In this document: positions 8,605-18,924 of the stretch, in pieces
How the letters are laid out: the number at the start of each line of letters is the position of its first letter
Position numbering within the stretch: the first letter of the stretch is position 1
NCBI GenBank assembly: GCA_965662845.1
Contig: CBFIJD010000021.1
Coordinates: 20,187-50,689, forward strand
Source of the DNA: an uncultured bacterium
Lineage (GTDB): Bacteria > SAR324 > NAC60-12
DNA length: 30,503 nucleotides
Direction of reading: 5' to 3'
The notes under the pieces: model-generated
The model's input: the letters and a program-made list of their open reading frames with translations, nothing else
Database searches by the model: none
What the model was told of the DNA's origin: nothing
Position numbers and translations under genes: made by a program

Positions 8605-9834
8605 TCAACCTGCCTGCTTGTTGTTAGAAGGGACCCAACCTCGGAGGGAGATGTTGTCGTCAAGAAAACTGTTTGCATTGATCACCGTTGCGGGCGCCAG
8701 AGTGTGCCGCGCCCCAATGCGCACATGATCGCCAATGAACGTGCCCAGTTTCGGCAGGCCCGTGTCCACCATCCCAGACTCTGTGGGAGCGAGGAGGCTC
8801 TTCCCATCCGAGTAGTGATTCACTGTCGTCAAGCCGGAGCCAAGCGAAACCTGCGAACCGATCACGCTGTCAGCAATGAACGAGAGTCGCCCCACGTCCG
8901 AACCTCCGAACAACACACAATTTTTTAGCTCTGAGCCATATCCAATGGTGGAGCCAGGGCCAATTGCGCTGAAGTGACGCACCAGCGCGTTGTTCCCGAT
9001 ATAGGAGCCCTCTCCAATGAAGCAGGGGCCGCGGAGCGTTGCGCCGTTCTCAATCGTGACACCGGCTTCAATCACCACAGCGCCCTCGATTTGTACGCTG
9101 CTGGGCAACTTGACACTCTCGTGAATGTGCGCGGAGTGCCAAGCCTGCATCATCATTTGGTTGGCTTCTAGGATGTGCCAAGGATAGATCACATCAATCC
9201 AGCCGCCTTCCCACAGATCGGCTTGTAACCCGTCTTGTTGCACGAGCTGCTGGAAGCAGGCTTCAATGTTGTTCTCGTGCTGTCGCAGCAGCTCAAAAAT
9301 CCGGGGTTGCAACACAAAGCCGCCCGCAAACACATAGTTGCTCTGTTGGCGCCCCTGCGGCTTCTCAATGAAGCGCTGAATCTTCATTTCGTTGTCGAGG
9401 TACACATTGCCATACTCGTTCGAGGAGCGTGGCAGCGTCACTAGCGCAACTTCTCGACCTGTCTCAGCGAACATGCGCAACAGCAGTGGAAGTGGGTTGC
9501 CGTTGGCGAGCACATCTCCATAAATCAGCAAGAACGGCTTCCGCTTGAGATACGGCTCACAACACCCCAGCGCATGTCCAATCCCACGCAGCTCTTCTTG
9601 CTCCACATATTCGAGGTGCATGCCCAGCTCCTCGCCGTCTCCGAAGTAATCTCGGATCGCCTGCTGCTCGTGATGCACCACAAGGAGCGCTTCGTGTAAG
9701 CCAGCCTTGTGCACGCCTTCCAGAATGCTCTTCAAGATCGGCTGTCCCGCGATGGGAATCATCGGCTTCGCGCGCGTCGCGGTGAAGGGCAACAAGCGCG
9801 AGCTGTAGTTGGCTGCGAGGATCACAGCTTTCAT
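8605..9834 (-). CDS. Archaeal-GlmU-like sugar-phosphate nucleotidyltransferase plus left-handed beta-helix protein with degenerate active sites
   Basis: MKAVILAA, KPM, YGD, EKP, W.D..YPW..LEAN, then hexapeptide repeats. GxGTR is replaced by NYSSR and HLSYVGDS by RLSFIADS. Confidence 0.85.
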   Translation of the reverse strand: MKAVILAANYSSRLLPFTATRAKPMIPIAGQPILKSILEGVHKAGLHEALLVVHHEQQAIRDYFGDGEELGMHLEYVEQEELRGIGHALGCCEPYLKRKPFLLIYGDVLANGNPLPLLLRMFAETGREVALVTLPRSSNEYGNVYLDNEMKIQRFIEKPQGRQQSNYVFAGGFVLQPRIFELLRQHENNIEACFQQLVQQDGLQADLWEGGWIDVIYPWHILEANQMMMQAWHSAHIHESVKLPSSVQIEGAVVIEAGVTIENGATLRGPCFIGEGSYIGNNALVRHFSAIGPGSTIGYGSELKNCVLFGGSDVGRLSFIADSVIGSQVSLGSGLTTVNHYSDGKSLLAPTESGMVDTGLPKLGTFIGDHVRIGARHTLAPATVINANSFLDDNISLRGWVPSNNKQAG

Positions 9835-10523
9835 GGGGTCTCCGTGGCAAGGTGGGGAGTGAGATGACGCTGCAATTCCTGCAGTACTTGCTCAATGTTG
9901 AGGTGACTGGTGTCAATGAGGATCGCATCGTCGGCAGGCACTAAGGGCGCCTCTGTTCGGTTACGGTCTTGTGCGTCGCGCTGCTCCAAGGCTTGCAGCA
10001 CATCTTCATAGCGCACGTTTGCGTCCCGCTGTTGAAGCTCTGCAAAGCGGCGCTGGGCACGAACCCCCGCGCTGGCTTCTACAAAGAACTTACACTCTGC
10101 GTCTGGCAGCACGACCGTGCCAATGTCGCGTCCTTCCAACACCGCGCCTTGAGCCTCAGCCTGCTCGCGCGCGCTTGCAACCAGGTGGCGCTGCTGCGTT
10201 TTGAGCGCTTGGCGAATCGGGGAGAACTGACTGACCTTAGACGCCAGCGCGGAGATTTCTTCTGTGCGGATCGCTGTGGTGACCTCGGCTCCGTCACAAA
10301 AGATCCGGCCGTCAGGACGCATTTCAATGCGCGTCTGGCTCCCTAACGCGGTCAGTTCTTCAACATTTTCGGGGCATCCGAGCTGTTGCCACTTCCACGC
10401 GAGACAGCGAAACATCGCCCCTGTGTTCACATACAAGAACCCTTGTCGCTCCGCCAACGCTCGAGCGATCGTGCTCTTGCCGACTCCCGTGGGTCCATCC
10501 AAAGCCACCACCACAAAACTCAT
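9831..10523 (-). CDS. cmk: Cytidylate kinase
   Basis: ALDGPTGVGKST P-loop, TGAMFR, EGRDIGTVV, RD..D..R..APL; AGGAGA RBS. Confidence 0.97.
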   Translation of the reverse strand: MSFVVVALDGPTGVGKSTIARALAERQGFLYVNTGAMFRCLAWKWQQLGCPENVEELTALGSQTRIEMRPDGRIFCDGAEVTTAIRTEEISALASKVSQFSPIRQALKTQQRHLVASAREQAEAQGAVLEGRDIGTVVLPDAECKFFVEASAGVRAQRRFAELQQRDANVRYEDVLQALEQRDAQDRNRTEAPLVPADDAILIDTSHLNIEQVLQELQRHLTPHLATETP

Positions 10524-10532
10524 CTTCTCTCC

Positions 10533-13163
10533 TTAGGAATCAAGACGCTGCAAGGCCGCGACCCCAAACTGCTGCATTGCCGGATCCGTGAGTTCATCAC
10601 GAATTTTTCGGTAAATCGCGCGGGCATCGGCGCTGCGGCCCAGCTCTTCATAGCCTGCTCCCATGCGCTGCCACATCTGAAACTTCTGCTCTTCATTCAA
10701 ACCTTCTGCATGAAAATACATCACCTGCAAATATGCTGCGACCGCCCGTTCATAGGCTTCTAGCTCAAACGCGGCGCGTGCGGACAGCAACAGCGCGATT
10801 CTCTGCGTCGCAGGGTCTGCGCTACGTTGCAATTCTGCGGCCCAGCTTTCAGCTTGCTCCCATGGTCGACGCTTGTCTTGTAGCTCACCTAAGGCTAGGT
10901 GCTGTTCAGCAATCAGCAGCGTCCACTGCTCTCTCTGCATGACCGTCGCGTCGAGGTCTTCGCGCAGTTGATCTTCTAAAAAGCGAATCAGCTGCTGTCG
11001 GTGTGGGATGGTGCGCTTCGGTTCGTTGACGAAGAGATAGCGCTCAATCAGCCATTCTCGCACCTGGACTTCTTCTTTGGTCGGCAGGCTCTTTTCACGC
11101 AGGAGCGCCTCGGCTCGCTCTGCAAACCGCACCTCTTCGAGTTCATACAGAATCCGCACGATCGCGAACTGAGCGTCGGCTTCCCACGCGGGTTTCAACA
11201 CATTTTGCAGCGACTTTTCATAGGCGGGGATCGCTCTCAGCGGCGCTTCTTGTTGCTCATGGGCTTGTCCACGTTGAAAGTGCAGCTCGGCTTGAGCACG
11301 TGGATCTTCGAGCTGGGGCAGCACTTCTAACGACTTCTGCAGAAAGCCTTCCCACAGCTGAAGCTCCCACAACAGCGCCAGTTGAATGCGCTCCAGCTCC
11401 AGCGGCAGGGGGTTGGGATATTCGGAGAGGAGTTTCAGCGCGGGCTCGCTGCGCTTCAATTTGCGTAGCAGCCGCACCTCCAAGGCGAGCAGCTCCACAT
11501 CCTGCGCTGCTGACGGCTCTGCGCGCAGAATCGCCAGCTGCTCCAACGCCTCGCGGTAAAATTCAAGCTGCTCATAAGTCTGCACGAGCCCCAGCAGAGC
11601 TTGGCGCCGAAAAGTCGAGTTTGGATACTCGGTCACCAATTGTTGATAGTCGCTGCGAGCGTCTAGCCATTTGCCCGACGAAAACGCCAGCCGTGCGCGG
11701 ATCAAGAGCATTTCTTCGTCGCGCCCCGCCTCAGGGGGCACCTGCCGGAGCGCAAGGCTAACCGCGCGGCCATCTTGCTCTGGATTCAGCAGAGCCGCTT
11801 GCCAAAAATAACACTCGGTCAAATGGGAAGACTCGACAAACTCGGTCACCAAGCGGTTGCAATGACGCAGCGCGACTTGCGGGCGGGCAGCTTGTAGCTC
11901 CAAGCGAATCAACTGATACAAGGCCTCGCCTTGCCAGCGCCGCGCAAGCTCTTGGGACTTTCGCAGTCGCTCTAACTGACTGCGCAGGGGAGCCACATCC
12001 GACGCTTGTTGTTGCTGCGCAATGACCTGGAGCAACCGCAATTCTGCGAGACGGCTCGGCTCTTGGAAGGGAGGCTCAAAGTTCTTTACAAATTCCCAGC
12101 GTTGCTCGGTTGCCGCCCACCACAACACGCGATACGCGTTTTCACGCAGCCGCTCTCGACTACGAAACGTGTTGAGCGCTTGCCGAATATCGCGTTCGTC
12201 TCCGCGCTGTAGAGCCAACTCCAGTTCAAGCTGATGCAGTTGATCGGGCTCTTGCAGCCCCCGCTGTTGCAGCTGCCCGACCGTCGCGCTGGCCGCGTCC
12301 CATTGGGCTTGCTGCACCTGACACCAAGCGGTCATCAGCCCTAAATCTTCGATCTCTGAATAGTTATAGTATCTTTCAAAAGAGCTTTCGTAGAGGCCGG
12401 TGACCGCTCCGCAGTCGTCTTGTCGAAAATGATAGTTTGCTTCTTGTGTCAGGAATTGAGCGTGTTCTTGCTGGCTGGCTGCCGCCGCCTGTAAGCGTTG
12501 GAACACGACGCCTACATTGGAAGAGTTCGTCTGCAGAGCACAGGCCAGCTCAGTTTGTGCGGCTTGTTTCTGCTGGGGCTGCGTCAGGTTCCCAAGTGTG
12601 CGGGCGCGATCGATCCAAACCTGACTCTGAACACAGTTGCGGTCTTTGGCGTGGACCCACGCGAGCGTCAGATAAGCGGAGCTGCGATAGCGATGTGTGG
12701 CTTGGGGATAGCGCCGGAGCCACTGTTTCAAATCTTCTATGGCTTGCGCTGGCTTGTTCAAATGCGCCCAGAGTTGGCCTTGCCAAAAGAGCGATCGAGG
12801 CGCCCACTTCCCCTGTGGTGCTTCAAGGAGCACGCGCGAGAACCGTCGCAGCGCCAACTCGTCTTTCTGTTGTTGGTATTGCTCCAAGCCATTCTCATAG
12901 ACCCGCCCGGTTGAGTCAAAAAAGCTGACTTGGACGAGCTCTCGGCTCAACGACGCTAAGCGAGGCAAGGGCGGTAGAGCGGGGAGCGCTCCAAAAGAAA
13001 TTGGAGGCGCGGGGATTTCGTGACGGAGTGGGGGCGGTGCTCCGATCGGGAAAGCGCCATACGGCGTGGAGACCGTTGATTCATTGGCCAGCGCTGTTCC
13101 GGCATAGGTGATGGCGAGGGCGCAACCGGCGCAGCGAAGCAACCGACGCACAAGAGCTTCCAT
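10533..13163 (-). CDS. Large exported tetratricopeptide-repeat protein
   Basis: Signal-peptide-like N-terminus (ALA-NE), Pro-rich linker, repeated helical TPR-like motifs with 'YP.S' turns. Confidence 0.75.
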   Translation of the reverse strand: MEALVRRLLRCAGCALAITYAGTALANESTVSTPYGAFPIGAPPPLRHEIPAPPISFGALPALPPLPRLASLSRELVQVSFFDSTGRVYENGLEQYQQQKDELALRRFSRVLLEAPQGKWAPRSLFWQGQLWAHLNKPAQAIEDLKQWLRRYPQATHRYRSSAYLTLAWVHAKDRNCVQSQVWIDRARTLGNLTQPQQKQAAQTELACALQTNSSNVGVVFQRLQAAAASQQEHAQFLTQEANYHFRQDDCGAVTGLYESSFERYYNYSEIEDLGLMTAWCQVQQAQWDAASATVGQLQQRGLQEPDQLHQLELELALQRGDERDIRQALNTFRSRERLRENAYRVLWWAATEQRWEFVKNFEPPFQEPSRLAELRLLQVIAQQQQASDVAPLRSQLERLRKSQELARRWQGEALYQLIRLELQAARPQVALRHCNRLVTEFVESSHLTECYFWQAALLNPEQDGRAVSLALRQVPPEAGRDEEMLLIRARLAFSSGKWLDARSDYQQLVTEYPNSTFRRQALLGLVQTYEQLEFYREALEQLAILRAEPSAAQDVELLALEVRLLRKLKRSEPALKLLSEYPNPLPLELERIQLALLWELQLWEGFLQKSLEVLPQLEDPRAQAELHFQRGQAHEQQEAPLRAIPAYEKSLQNVLKPAWEADAQFAIVRILYELEEVRFAERAEALLREKSLPTKEEVQVREWLIERYLFVNEPKRTIPHRQQLIRFLEDQLREDLDATVMQREQWTLLIAEQHLALGELQDKRRPWEQAESWAAELQRSADPATQRIALLLSARAAFELEAYERAVAAYLQVMYFHAEGLNEEQKFQMWQRMGAGYEELGRSADARAIYRKIRDELTDPAMQQFGVAALQRLDS

Positions 13164-13166
13164 GTC

Positions 13167-14237
13167 TCATCCAGGCGAGGCGGTTTGCGCGGCGCGGAAA
13201 TCTAACAGTTGTTGGGTGACTTGTGTCAGATCTTCCGCCGAAAACTCGGCCGCATAATGATAGTGTTTCATGGCATTGCGGTAGCGAGGATCGTAGTAAT
13301 CGGTCAACAAGATCGCTACCAGTTCCGCTAGTTTTCCTTGCTGCAAGCATTGGCGCAAATGTTCCACTTTGGGCTTGCCGAGCGCCATGCGAAGAGTCTG
13401 CAAGATCTGGTCAACTTTGTGCGCAGTCGCGTCATCTTCAATTCGATAATCTGCCAGCGTGCGTGCGACGCGTGTCTCTAGCGAAGCGGTCAACAGAACT
13501 TTTTGTCCGGCTTGCATTGCCTGCGCGAGGGCTTGGGGGATGAAGACCTCTCCGACTTTGCGGCTTTCGCCTTCAATGAAGCAGAGCGTCTTCTTCGGCA
13601 GCCGGGCCTGCGCTTGGTGCAGCCACCCTTCAAACCTGCGCTGAGTGCTTGGGACGCGCCCCAGTGCTCCGAAGAGAGAGCTGCGATGCTGTGCCAACTC
13701 CTCAAGGTCAATGTGATCTGGCAGCCTGCGCAAAATCAGTGTTTTGCCAACTCCGGTTGCTCCATGCAAAACGATCAGTGGTGGGCGCCACTCTCCGATT
13801 TGCGCTAGGACGTGCTGGCGATAGAGTTTGTAGCCTCCTTCGAGCTGCCGGGCCGCGAAGCCTTCGGCACAGAGCAAGCGCACAACGGCCCCTGAGCGCA
13901 TCCCGCCACGTGCGCAGTACACCACCAACGGAGTTTCGCGATGGGGGGCAAACTGCTCAAGCAGGTCTTGCAAGCGCGGCTCTACCAGCGCGGCGCCTTG
14001 GTCAATCGCAGCGGCTCGGCCGACCTGTTTGTAAAGAGTGCCGATCACAGCGCGCTCAACATTGTCAAACAGAGGAATGTTCTGGGCGCTGGGAATGCAG
14101 TCTTGTTGGAATTCTCCGGGAGTGCGGACATCGAAGAGGGGTGGAAGCGCAGAGAAGGAGAGGTCTTGCACAGGGAGCGATGGGCAGGCTCCCTGCAGAA
14201 ATTCCAGAGGAGAACGTCTATTCGTCACCAGCCTCAC
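13167..14237 (-). CDS. mnmH: tRNA 2-selenouridine synthase
   Basis: Rhodanese domain ([21 protein letters not shown]) plus P-loop (G.TGVGKT, DLE.LA.HR.S.FG, EGES, YYDP.Y). Start uncertain. Confidence 0.95.
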   Translation of the reverse strand: MRLVTNRRSPLEFLQGACPSLPVQDLSFSALPPLFDVRTPGEFQQDCIPSAQNIPLFDNVERAVIGTLYKQVGRAAAIDQGAALVEPRLQDLLEQFAPHRETPLVVYCARGGMRSGAVVRLLCAEGFAARQLEGGYKLYRQHVLAQIGEWRPPLIVLHGATGVGKTLILRRLPDHIDLEELAQHRSSLFGALGRVPSTQRRFEGWLHQAQARLPKKTLCFIEGESRKVGEVFIPQALAQAMQAGQKVLLTASLETRVARTLADYRIEDDATAHKVDQILQTLRMALGKPKVEHLRQCLQQGKLAELVAILLTDYYDPRYRNAMKHYHYAAEFSAEDLTQVTQQLLDFRAAQTASPG

Positions 14238-15312
14238 TTGCTGTGGCTTTAGCCGAGCGAGCGCTCTTCGTCTTGGCCGTCGCGTCTTCCTCTGCTGTGG
14301 GTGCTTCGCCTTCTAAAGGAGGTAGGAGTCCGTGCAGTCTTCGCACTTCTTCTTCAATTTTCTGTGCGGTTTCTTCGTGTTCTAGCAGGAAGCGAATGGA
14401 GTTGTCGCGCCCTTGTCCCAAGCGCTCCTTGTTGTATGAGAACCAAGTCCCGCTCTTCTGGATGATGCCTCCTTCTACAGCGTAATCGAGCACGGTGCCC
14501 ATGTGCGAAATTCCCTCGCCATAAATCAAGTCCATCTCCGTGGTCCGAAAGGGGGGCGCCACTTTGTTTTTGACGATTTTCACTTTGATCCGATGCCCTT
14601 TGATCTCTTCGCCTTGCTTGATTTTGGTTGTGCTGCGCACATCTAGGCGCACGCTGGAATAGAATTTGAGTGCGTTGCCTCCGGTGGTAGTCTCTGGGTT
14701 CCCAAAGACCACCCCAATTTTTGAACGCAGCTGATTGATGAAAATGAAGATGGTGTGAGATTTTGAGACAGAGCCCGTCAGCTTGCGCAACGCTTGAGAC
14801 ATCAACCGAGCGTGCAACCCCATGTGTGAGTCCCCCATGTCTCCTTCGAGTTCGCCTTTGGGGACCAACGCGGCCACAGAATCGACCACGACCACGTCTA
14901 CTTTCCCAACGCGAACAAGCTGTTCGGCGATTTCTAGGGCCTGCTCGCCATGGTCGGGTTGGGCCAGCAACAGCTCATCCACATTGACACCGAGCAACCG
15001 AGCATTCGAGGGATCCAGCGCGTGCTCGGCGTCGACAAAGGCAGCGATGCCACCAAGTTTCTGGACTTCGGCGACGGCACACAGCGCGAGCGTCGTTTTT
15101 CCAGAGGCCTCTGGACCATAAACTTCCACGATGCGTCCGCGTGGGAAACCTCCTACTCCGAGCGCGATGTCAAGCCCTAGATTTCCTGAACTCACTACAG
15201 GGGCCTGGGTCACGGGCTGATCGCCCATCCGCATGATGGAGCCTTTGCCAAACTGGCGCTCAATTTGTGCGACTGCCGATTCGACGTCTTTGCGTTTTTC
15301 TTCGTTAATCAT
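14218..15312 (-). CDS. recA: Recombinase RecA
   Basis: [60 protein letters not shown] at 15312. Confidence 0.99.
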   Translation of the reverse strand: MINEEKRKDVESAVAQIERQFGKGSIMRMGDQPVTQAPVVSSGNLGLDIALGVGGFPRGRIVEVYGPEASGKTTLALCAVAEVQKLGGIAAFVDAEHALDPSNARLLGVNVDELLLAQPDHGEQALEIAEQLVRVGKVDVVVVDSVAALVPKGELEGDMGDSHMGLHARLMSQALRKLTGSVSKSHTIFIFINQLRSKIGVVFGNPETTTGGNALKFYSSVRLDVRSTTKIKQGEEIKGHRIKVKIVKNKVAPPFRTTEMDLIYGEGISHMGTVLDYAVEGGIIQKSGTWFSYNKERLGQGRDNSIRFLLEHEETAQKIEEEVRRLHGLLPPLEGEAPTAEEDATAKTKSARSAKATASEAGDE

Positions 15313-15566
15313 GGCTTGTTCTGAGATCAGGTGGTGAAAATGGAGCTGGTCGGAAGTCACACAGACCTTATCCGCGAGAGGTACAGGGGAAGGCCGCAGT
15401 ACAGAAATTGCTAGGCACCAGACACTACGAAAAGGCGCCTCAAGGTGCAACGCAAAATACCAAACTCCGTTGTCTCACTTGGAGTTTAGCAGGCTCTGTG
15501 ATACTCCGTTGGACGTTTTCGTCCATACCAATGAATTTGATTCACCATATCATTTTTCCAAAAAAC

Positions 15567-16508
15567 ATGACGCATCGTATTCTCATCACCGGTGGTGCAG
15601 GATTTTTAGGATCCTTCCTCTGCGAGCGACTTCTGAAAGAAGGTCACGAGGTGATTGCGCTAGACAACTTTTTCACCGGCAACAAACGCAACATCGCCCA
15701 CTTGCTCGACGATCGTCACTTTGAAGTCATCCGTCACGATGTGGTGGAACCCATTTTGGTTGAGGTGGACCGTATCTTCAATTTTGCGTGTCCTGCTTCC
15801 CCGATTCACTACCAATACAACCCTGTCAAAACGCTCAAGACGAGCGTCATGGGAGCGATCAACATGCTCGGGCTCGCCAAACGCACCAAAGCGCGGATCC
15901 TGCATGCGTCCACATCAGAAGTGTATGGAGACCCCGAAATGCATCCTCAACCTGAGAGCTACTGGGGGTCGGTCAATCCCATTGGACCACGGAGCTGCTA
16001 CGATGAAGGCAAGCGCGTCGCCGAGACCCTCATGAGCGACTATCGCCAACACAACGGGGTCGACACGAAGCTCGTGCGCATCTTCAATACATACGGTCCC
16101 CGAATGCACCCTGAAGATGGGCGCGTGGTGAGCAATTTCATTGTCGCGGCGCTACGCAACGAGCCGCTCACCATCTATGGAGAAGGGGATCAAACTCGCT
16201 CTTTTTGCTACGTTAGCGACCTGATCGATGTCATCCTTCGCATGATGAACAAAGACGATTTTCCGGGCCCCGTCAACATTGGGAACCCCGGTGAGTTCAC
16301 GATTTTAGAGTTGGCTGAACAAGTGTTAGACCTGACGGGCTCTCGCTCCGAAATCGTTCGGGAGCCTGTGCGGGAAGACGACCCCGCTCGCCGACGCCCA
16401 GATATCTCGCTCGCGCGCCAGCAGCTCAACTGGGAGCCTGTTGTCCCACTCCGAGAAGGGCTCGGGCACACCATCGCGTACTTTGATGATCTCCTCCGTA
16501 CTTCGTAG
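15567..16508 (+). CDS. uxs: UDP-glucuronate decarboxylase (UDP-xylose synthase family SDR)
   Basis: [57 protein letters not shown]. Confidence 0.93.
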   Translation: MTHRILITGGAGFLGSFLCERLLKEGHEVIALDNFFTGNKRNIAHLLDDRHFEVIRHDVVEPILVEVDRIFNFACPASPIHYQYNPVKTLKTSVMGAINMLGLAKRTKARILHASTSEVYGDPEMHPQPESYWGSVNPIGPRSCYDEGKRVAETLMSDYRQHNGVDTKLVRIFNTYGPRMHPEDGRVVSNFIVAALRNEPLTIYGEGDQTRSFCYVSDLIDVILRMMNKDDFPGPVNIGNPGEFTILELAEQVLDLTGSRSEIVREPVREDDPARRRPDISLARQQLNWEPVVPLREGLGHTIAYFDDLLRTS

Positions 16509-16515
16509 TCCCTGC

Positions 16516-18924
16516 ATGCGCCTCACGCCTGTCTTGCTCTCTATCCTCTTTTGGAGCAGCGCCGCCTTGGTTGCTGGAGCGCAGGAGTTTATGCAGTTGC
16601 AGCGTGAGTTTTCGTCCACACGACCGACCCAAAATCTGGCGATGAGCGCAGATGAAGCCATCATCGCCGTGGGGATGCAAGATGGCGAAAATGCCGTCAT
16701 TGAGTTGCGCGACCGTCAAAGCACACGCGTCCTTGGTCGGATCATTTCACAGGGCAACGAGCTGCAGCATCTGAAATTTCACCCTACCCGCCGCCAGCTC
16801 TTCGTGGGCGGCAACCAGCGCCTGGAGTTCTGGAAACTAGATGAGCTGCCCGGCAGCGAAGAAGAGCTGCCTGCGGCTCAATTTCGTGAGTGGGAGCGCC
16901 CTGTCAACCAGAACGTGGCTAAGGCTCGCTATCGACCACAGTCCGAGCAGTTGCGCTGGGTGGAAGGGCAACAGATGTATGAAGCCGACACCCAGCCACC
17001 CTACGCAGTCCGCCTGCGCTGGACAGGGGAACCGCTCGCGCAGCCGCTCGCCAACTTTGCCTTCAACGCCGACGAGTCTCGCCTCGCGCTCAGCTACCAA
17101 GAGCAGCCGAGCATCCGTGTGCTCAACCCAATCCAAAAGCAGCCCTTACCGCCGCTGGACTACCACCTCCTCCCCCCTGTGGACTTTCACTTCTCGGGCT
17201 CACAACAGCTCGTGTCCATCGATGAAGAGCGCAACCTGTTCTGGGGAAACACCGAGTCCCGCCTCAAAGAACGCAGCCCAACCTTGGAATTGGTAGACCG
17301 AGGCAAACCGCAGCAGCTCCTACCGCTGCACAACGAGCACGTCGCGCTGATCACTACTGACGAAGACGACGTCACACGAGCGCACATTCTCGATGCTGCA
17401 GGCGCAGAACAACGTCAACTTTTGCTGCACAGTCCCAACAGTATCGCCAGCAGCCCAACGGGCGCTTATCTGCTCAGCGCCGATTACAACGACATCCAAA
17501 TCTACAAGACACGGGAGCATCAGTCGCCGCAAGAGTATGTGCAACAGCTGCAGCAGCAAGGGGCTACCGAGACCGCTCGGCGCTATCGCAATCATTTGGA
17601 ACAGCCCGTCGCGCTCAGCACTTCTGCCGCGGGGCCTTCCTCTCTGGAGTTGAAAACCGAAGAACTCCGGGTTGCAGAACAAGAGCGCGACTGGATTCAG
17701 GCGGAACGATTAGCCAAGGAAGTCCTGCGCGAAGATCCCGGCAATGCCCTCGCGCTCGGCATTTTGGGTCGCATGCAGGGCAACGAAGACCAAGTTCAGC
17801 TCGAGAAAGGCCGCCAACTCATTAACGATGGCTTGCCCGAAGACGCCATCAGCCAACTCAAGCAGATTTCTCCGGAGAGCCCGCTCTATGGGCAAGCGCG
17901 CGAACAAATCTCGCTCGCCGAAACACGCATCCGCACAGATCTGCGGATTCAGAATGCCCAACAACAAATGCGCCTCAACAACTGGAAAGGTGCTCGCACG
18001 TTCCTGCAGCTCGCGCAGGAGCAAGACCCCAACAACCCCGAAGTTCAAGCGCTCTTGGAAGAAGTGGAGTCTGCACAGCGGCTGGCTTTGCTGCGCTGGG
18101 CCTTGATCGCAGCAGGGATTCTTGGAGCGCTCGGTTTTTTGTTGTTCTTGGGCTATCGTCGACAACGCTGGCTCTCGGCTTGGATCGACGGCGAGACCGG
18201 CGCTCCTGTAGGTCGTTCGGCTCGCACGCCTCCGCCTCCGCCTGATCCCGAAAAAGAACGCCAAGCTGCGGAGGCTCACGCCCAACGCCAAGCCGAGGCC
18301 CGAGCCCGCTCTCAAGCGGAAGAGAAACGCTTCCAAGAAGCCTTACAGACCACCCACGAGCTTCTGCGGGCGGCCAAGCGCAAGGACACCGAGCATCAAC
18401 ACACCAAGCGCTTGCTTGACTTTGCAGAAGAGATTCAGGACATCGCTCGACAAGCCAAAGAAGCAGACGCGTCCTTCGCAGAACTCACGTCCAAGCTGCA
18501 CTTTTTGCAGCAGACCCTCCGCAGCCTGAAGTTCTATGTCCGCGCGCGCAAGTCTTCACCGCGTCAAGAGGGCTCTCAAGAGCAAAAGTCCCGCCAAGAG
18601 CAAAGTCAGCAGTCGCAACAACAGCGCAAGCAACAACAAGAGAAACAGCAGCAGAAGCAACAGGCTCCCAGTCCCGGAGCGGAGCTTCCCGACTATTACG
18701 CCGTGCTAGGCGTCGCTCCGCAGGCCAGCCCCGCCGAGATCCGCAAAGCCTATCATCAAAAGCTCAAGGAATATCACCCGGATCGTCACCAAAACACCGA
18801 GTTTGAGTGGGTCAAAAAGCAAGCGGAGGAGATGACTCGTATGTTAGGCGAAGCGTATGATGTGTTGATGGACGAAAGCTCTCGTCAACGCTACGATCAA
18901 CAGCAAGCCAAGAGGAACTCTTGA
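16516..18924 (+). CDS. Signal peptide, beta-propeller-like region, TPR, single TM and C-terminal J-domain protein
   Basis: Hydrophobic leader (AGA-QE), WD40-like strands (LKFHP, FAFNAD..RLA, SSPTG.YL), TPR helices (DPGN, DPNN), TM LALLRWALIAAGILGALGFLLFLGY-RRQR, and DYYAVLGV...EIRKAY......HPD...EAY.VL.D...R..YD. Confidence 0.85.
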   Translation: MRLTPVLLSILFWSSAALVAGAQEFMQLQREFSSTRPTQNLAMSADEAIIAVGMQDGENAVIELRDRQSTRVLGRIISQGNELQHLKFHPTRRQLFVGGNQRLEFWKLDELPGSEEELPAAQFREWERPVNQNVAKARYRPQSEQLRWVEGQQMYEADTQPPYAVRLRWTGEPLAQPLANFAFNADESRLALSYQEQPSIRVLNPIQKQPLPPLDYHLLPPVDFHFSGSQQLVSIDEERNLFWGNTESRLKERSPTLELVDRGKPQQLLPLHNEHVALITTDEDDVTRAHILDAAGAEQRQLLLHSPNSIASSPTGAYLLSADYNDIQIYKTREHQSPQEYVQQLQQQGATETARRYRNHLEQPVALSTSAAGPSSLELKTEELRVAEQERDWIQAERLAKEVLREDPGNALALGILGRMQGNEDQVQLEKGRQLINDGLPEDAISQLKQISPESPLYGQAREQISLAETRIRTDLRIQNAQQQMRLNNWKGARTFLQLAQEQDPNNPEVQALLEEVESAQRLALLRWALIAAGILGALGFLLFLGYRRQRWLSAWIDGETGAPVGRSARTPPPPPDPEKERQAAEAHAQRQAEARARSQAEEKRFQEALQTTHELLRAAKRKDTEHQHTKRLLDFAEEIQDIARQAKEADASFAELTSKLHFLQQTLRSLKFYVRARKSSPRQEGSQEQKSRQEQSQQSQQQRKQQQEKQQQKQQAPSPGAELPDYYAVLGVAPQASPAEIRKAYHQKLKEYHPDRHQNTEFEWVKKQAEEMTRMLGEAYDVLMDESSRQRYDQQQAKRNS
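18565..18663 (+). repeat. CAA/CAG-rich low-complexity tract encoding a Gln-rich linker
   Basis: QEGSQEQKSRQEQSQQSQQQRKQQQEKQQQKQQ immediately before the J-domain. Confidence 0.8.

Noticed and set aside
8604..8678. Longer glmS start, or a glmS ribozyme upstream
   Set aside because: GlmS needs Cys right after the initiator Met (8603), and the upstream sequence is the coding end of the GlmU-like gene, leaving no leader.
4865..9834. Calling the degenerate enzymes pseudogenes
   Set aside because: Frames are full length with no stops or frameshifts and structural motifs are conserved; the notable changes fall at catalytic positions.
13167..14237. Selenocysteine recoding near mnmH
   Set aside because: No gene examined showed an in-frame TGA at a catalytic Cys position; MnmH, thioredoxin and CPXCG motifs use Cys codons.
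13649..14485. 278-aa plus-strand ORF, and the many other 60-210 aa overlapping ORFs in the track
   Set aside because: Antisense or alternative-frame shadows of well-supported genes in GC-rich DNA, with no recognisable motifs.
15313..15480. LexA/SOS box upstream of recA (two GTACAG half-sites)
   Set aside because: No palindromic CTGT-N8-ACAG or other box I recognise. A minus-strand TGG...TTGC has 11-nt spacing, so it is not a sigma54 promoter either.
15313..15566. N-terminal extensions of recA (to 15450) and uxs (from 15408)
   Set aside because: They overlap each other across the divergent promoter region; family similarity begins at ATG 15312 and ATG 15567.
18565..18663. Gln-rich tract and the GLEQ repeat (29303-29362) as CRISPR-like arrays
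   Set aside because: Both are in-frame coding repeats without spacers, and no cas genes are present.
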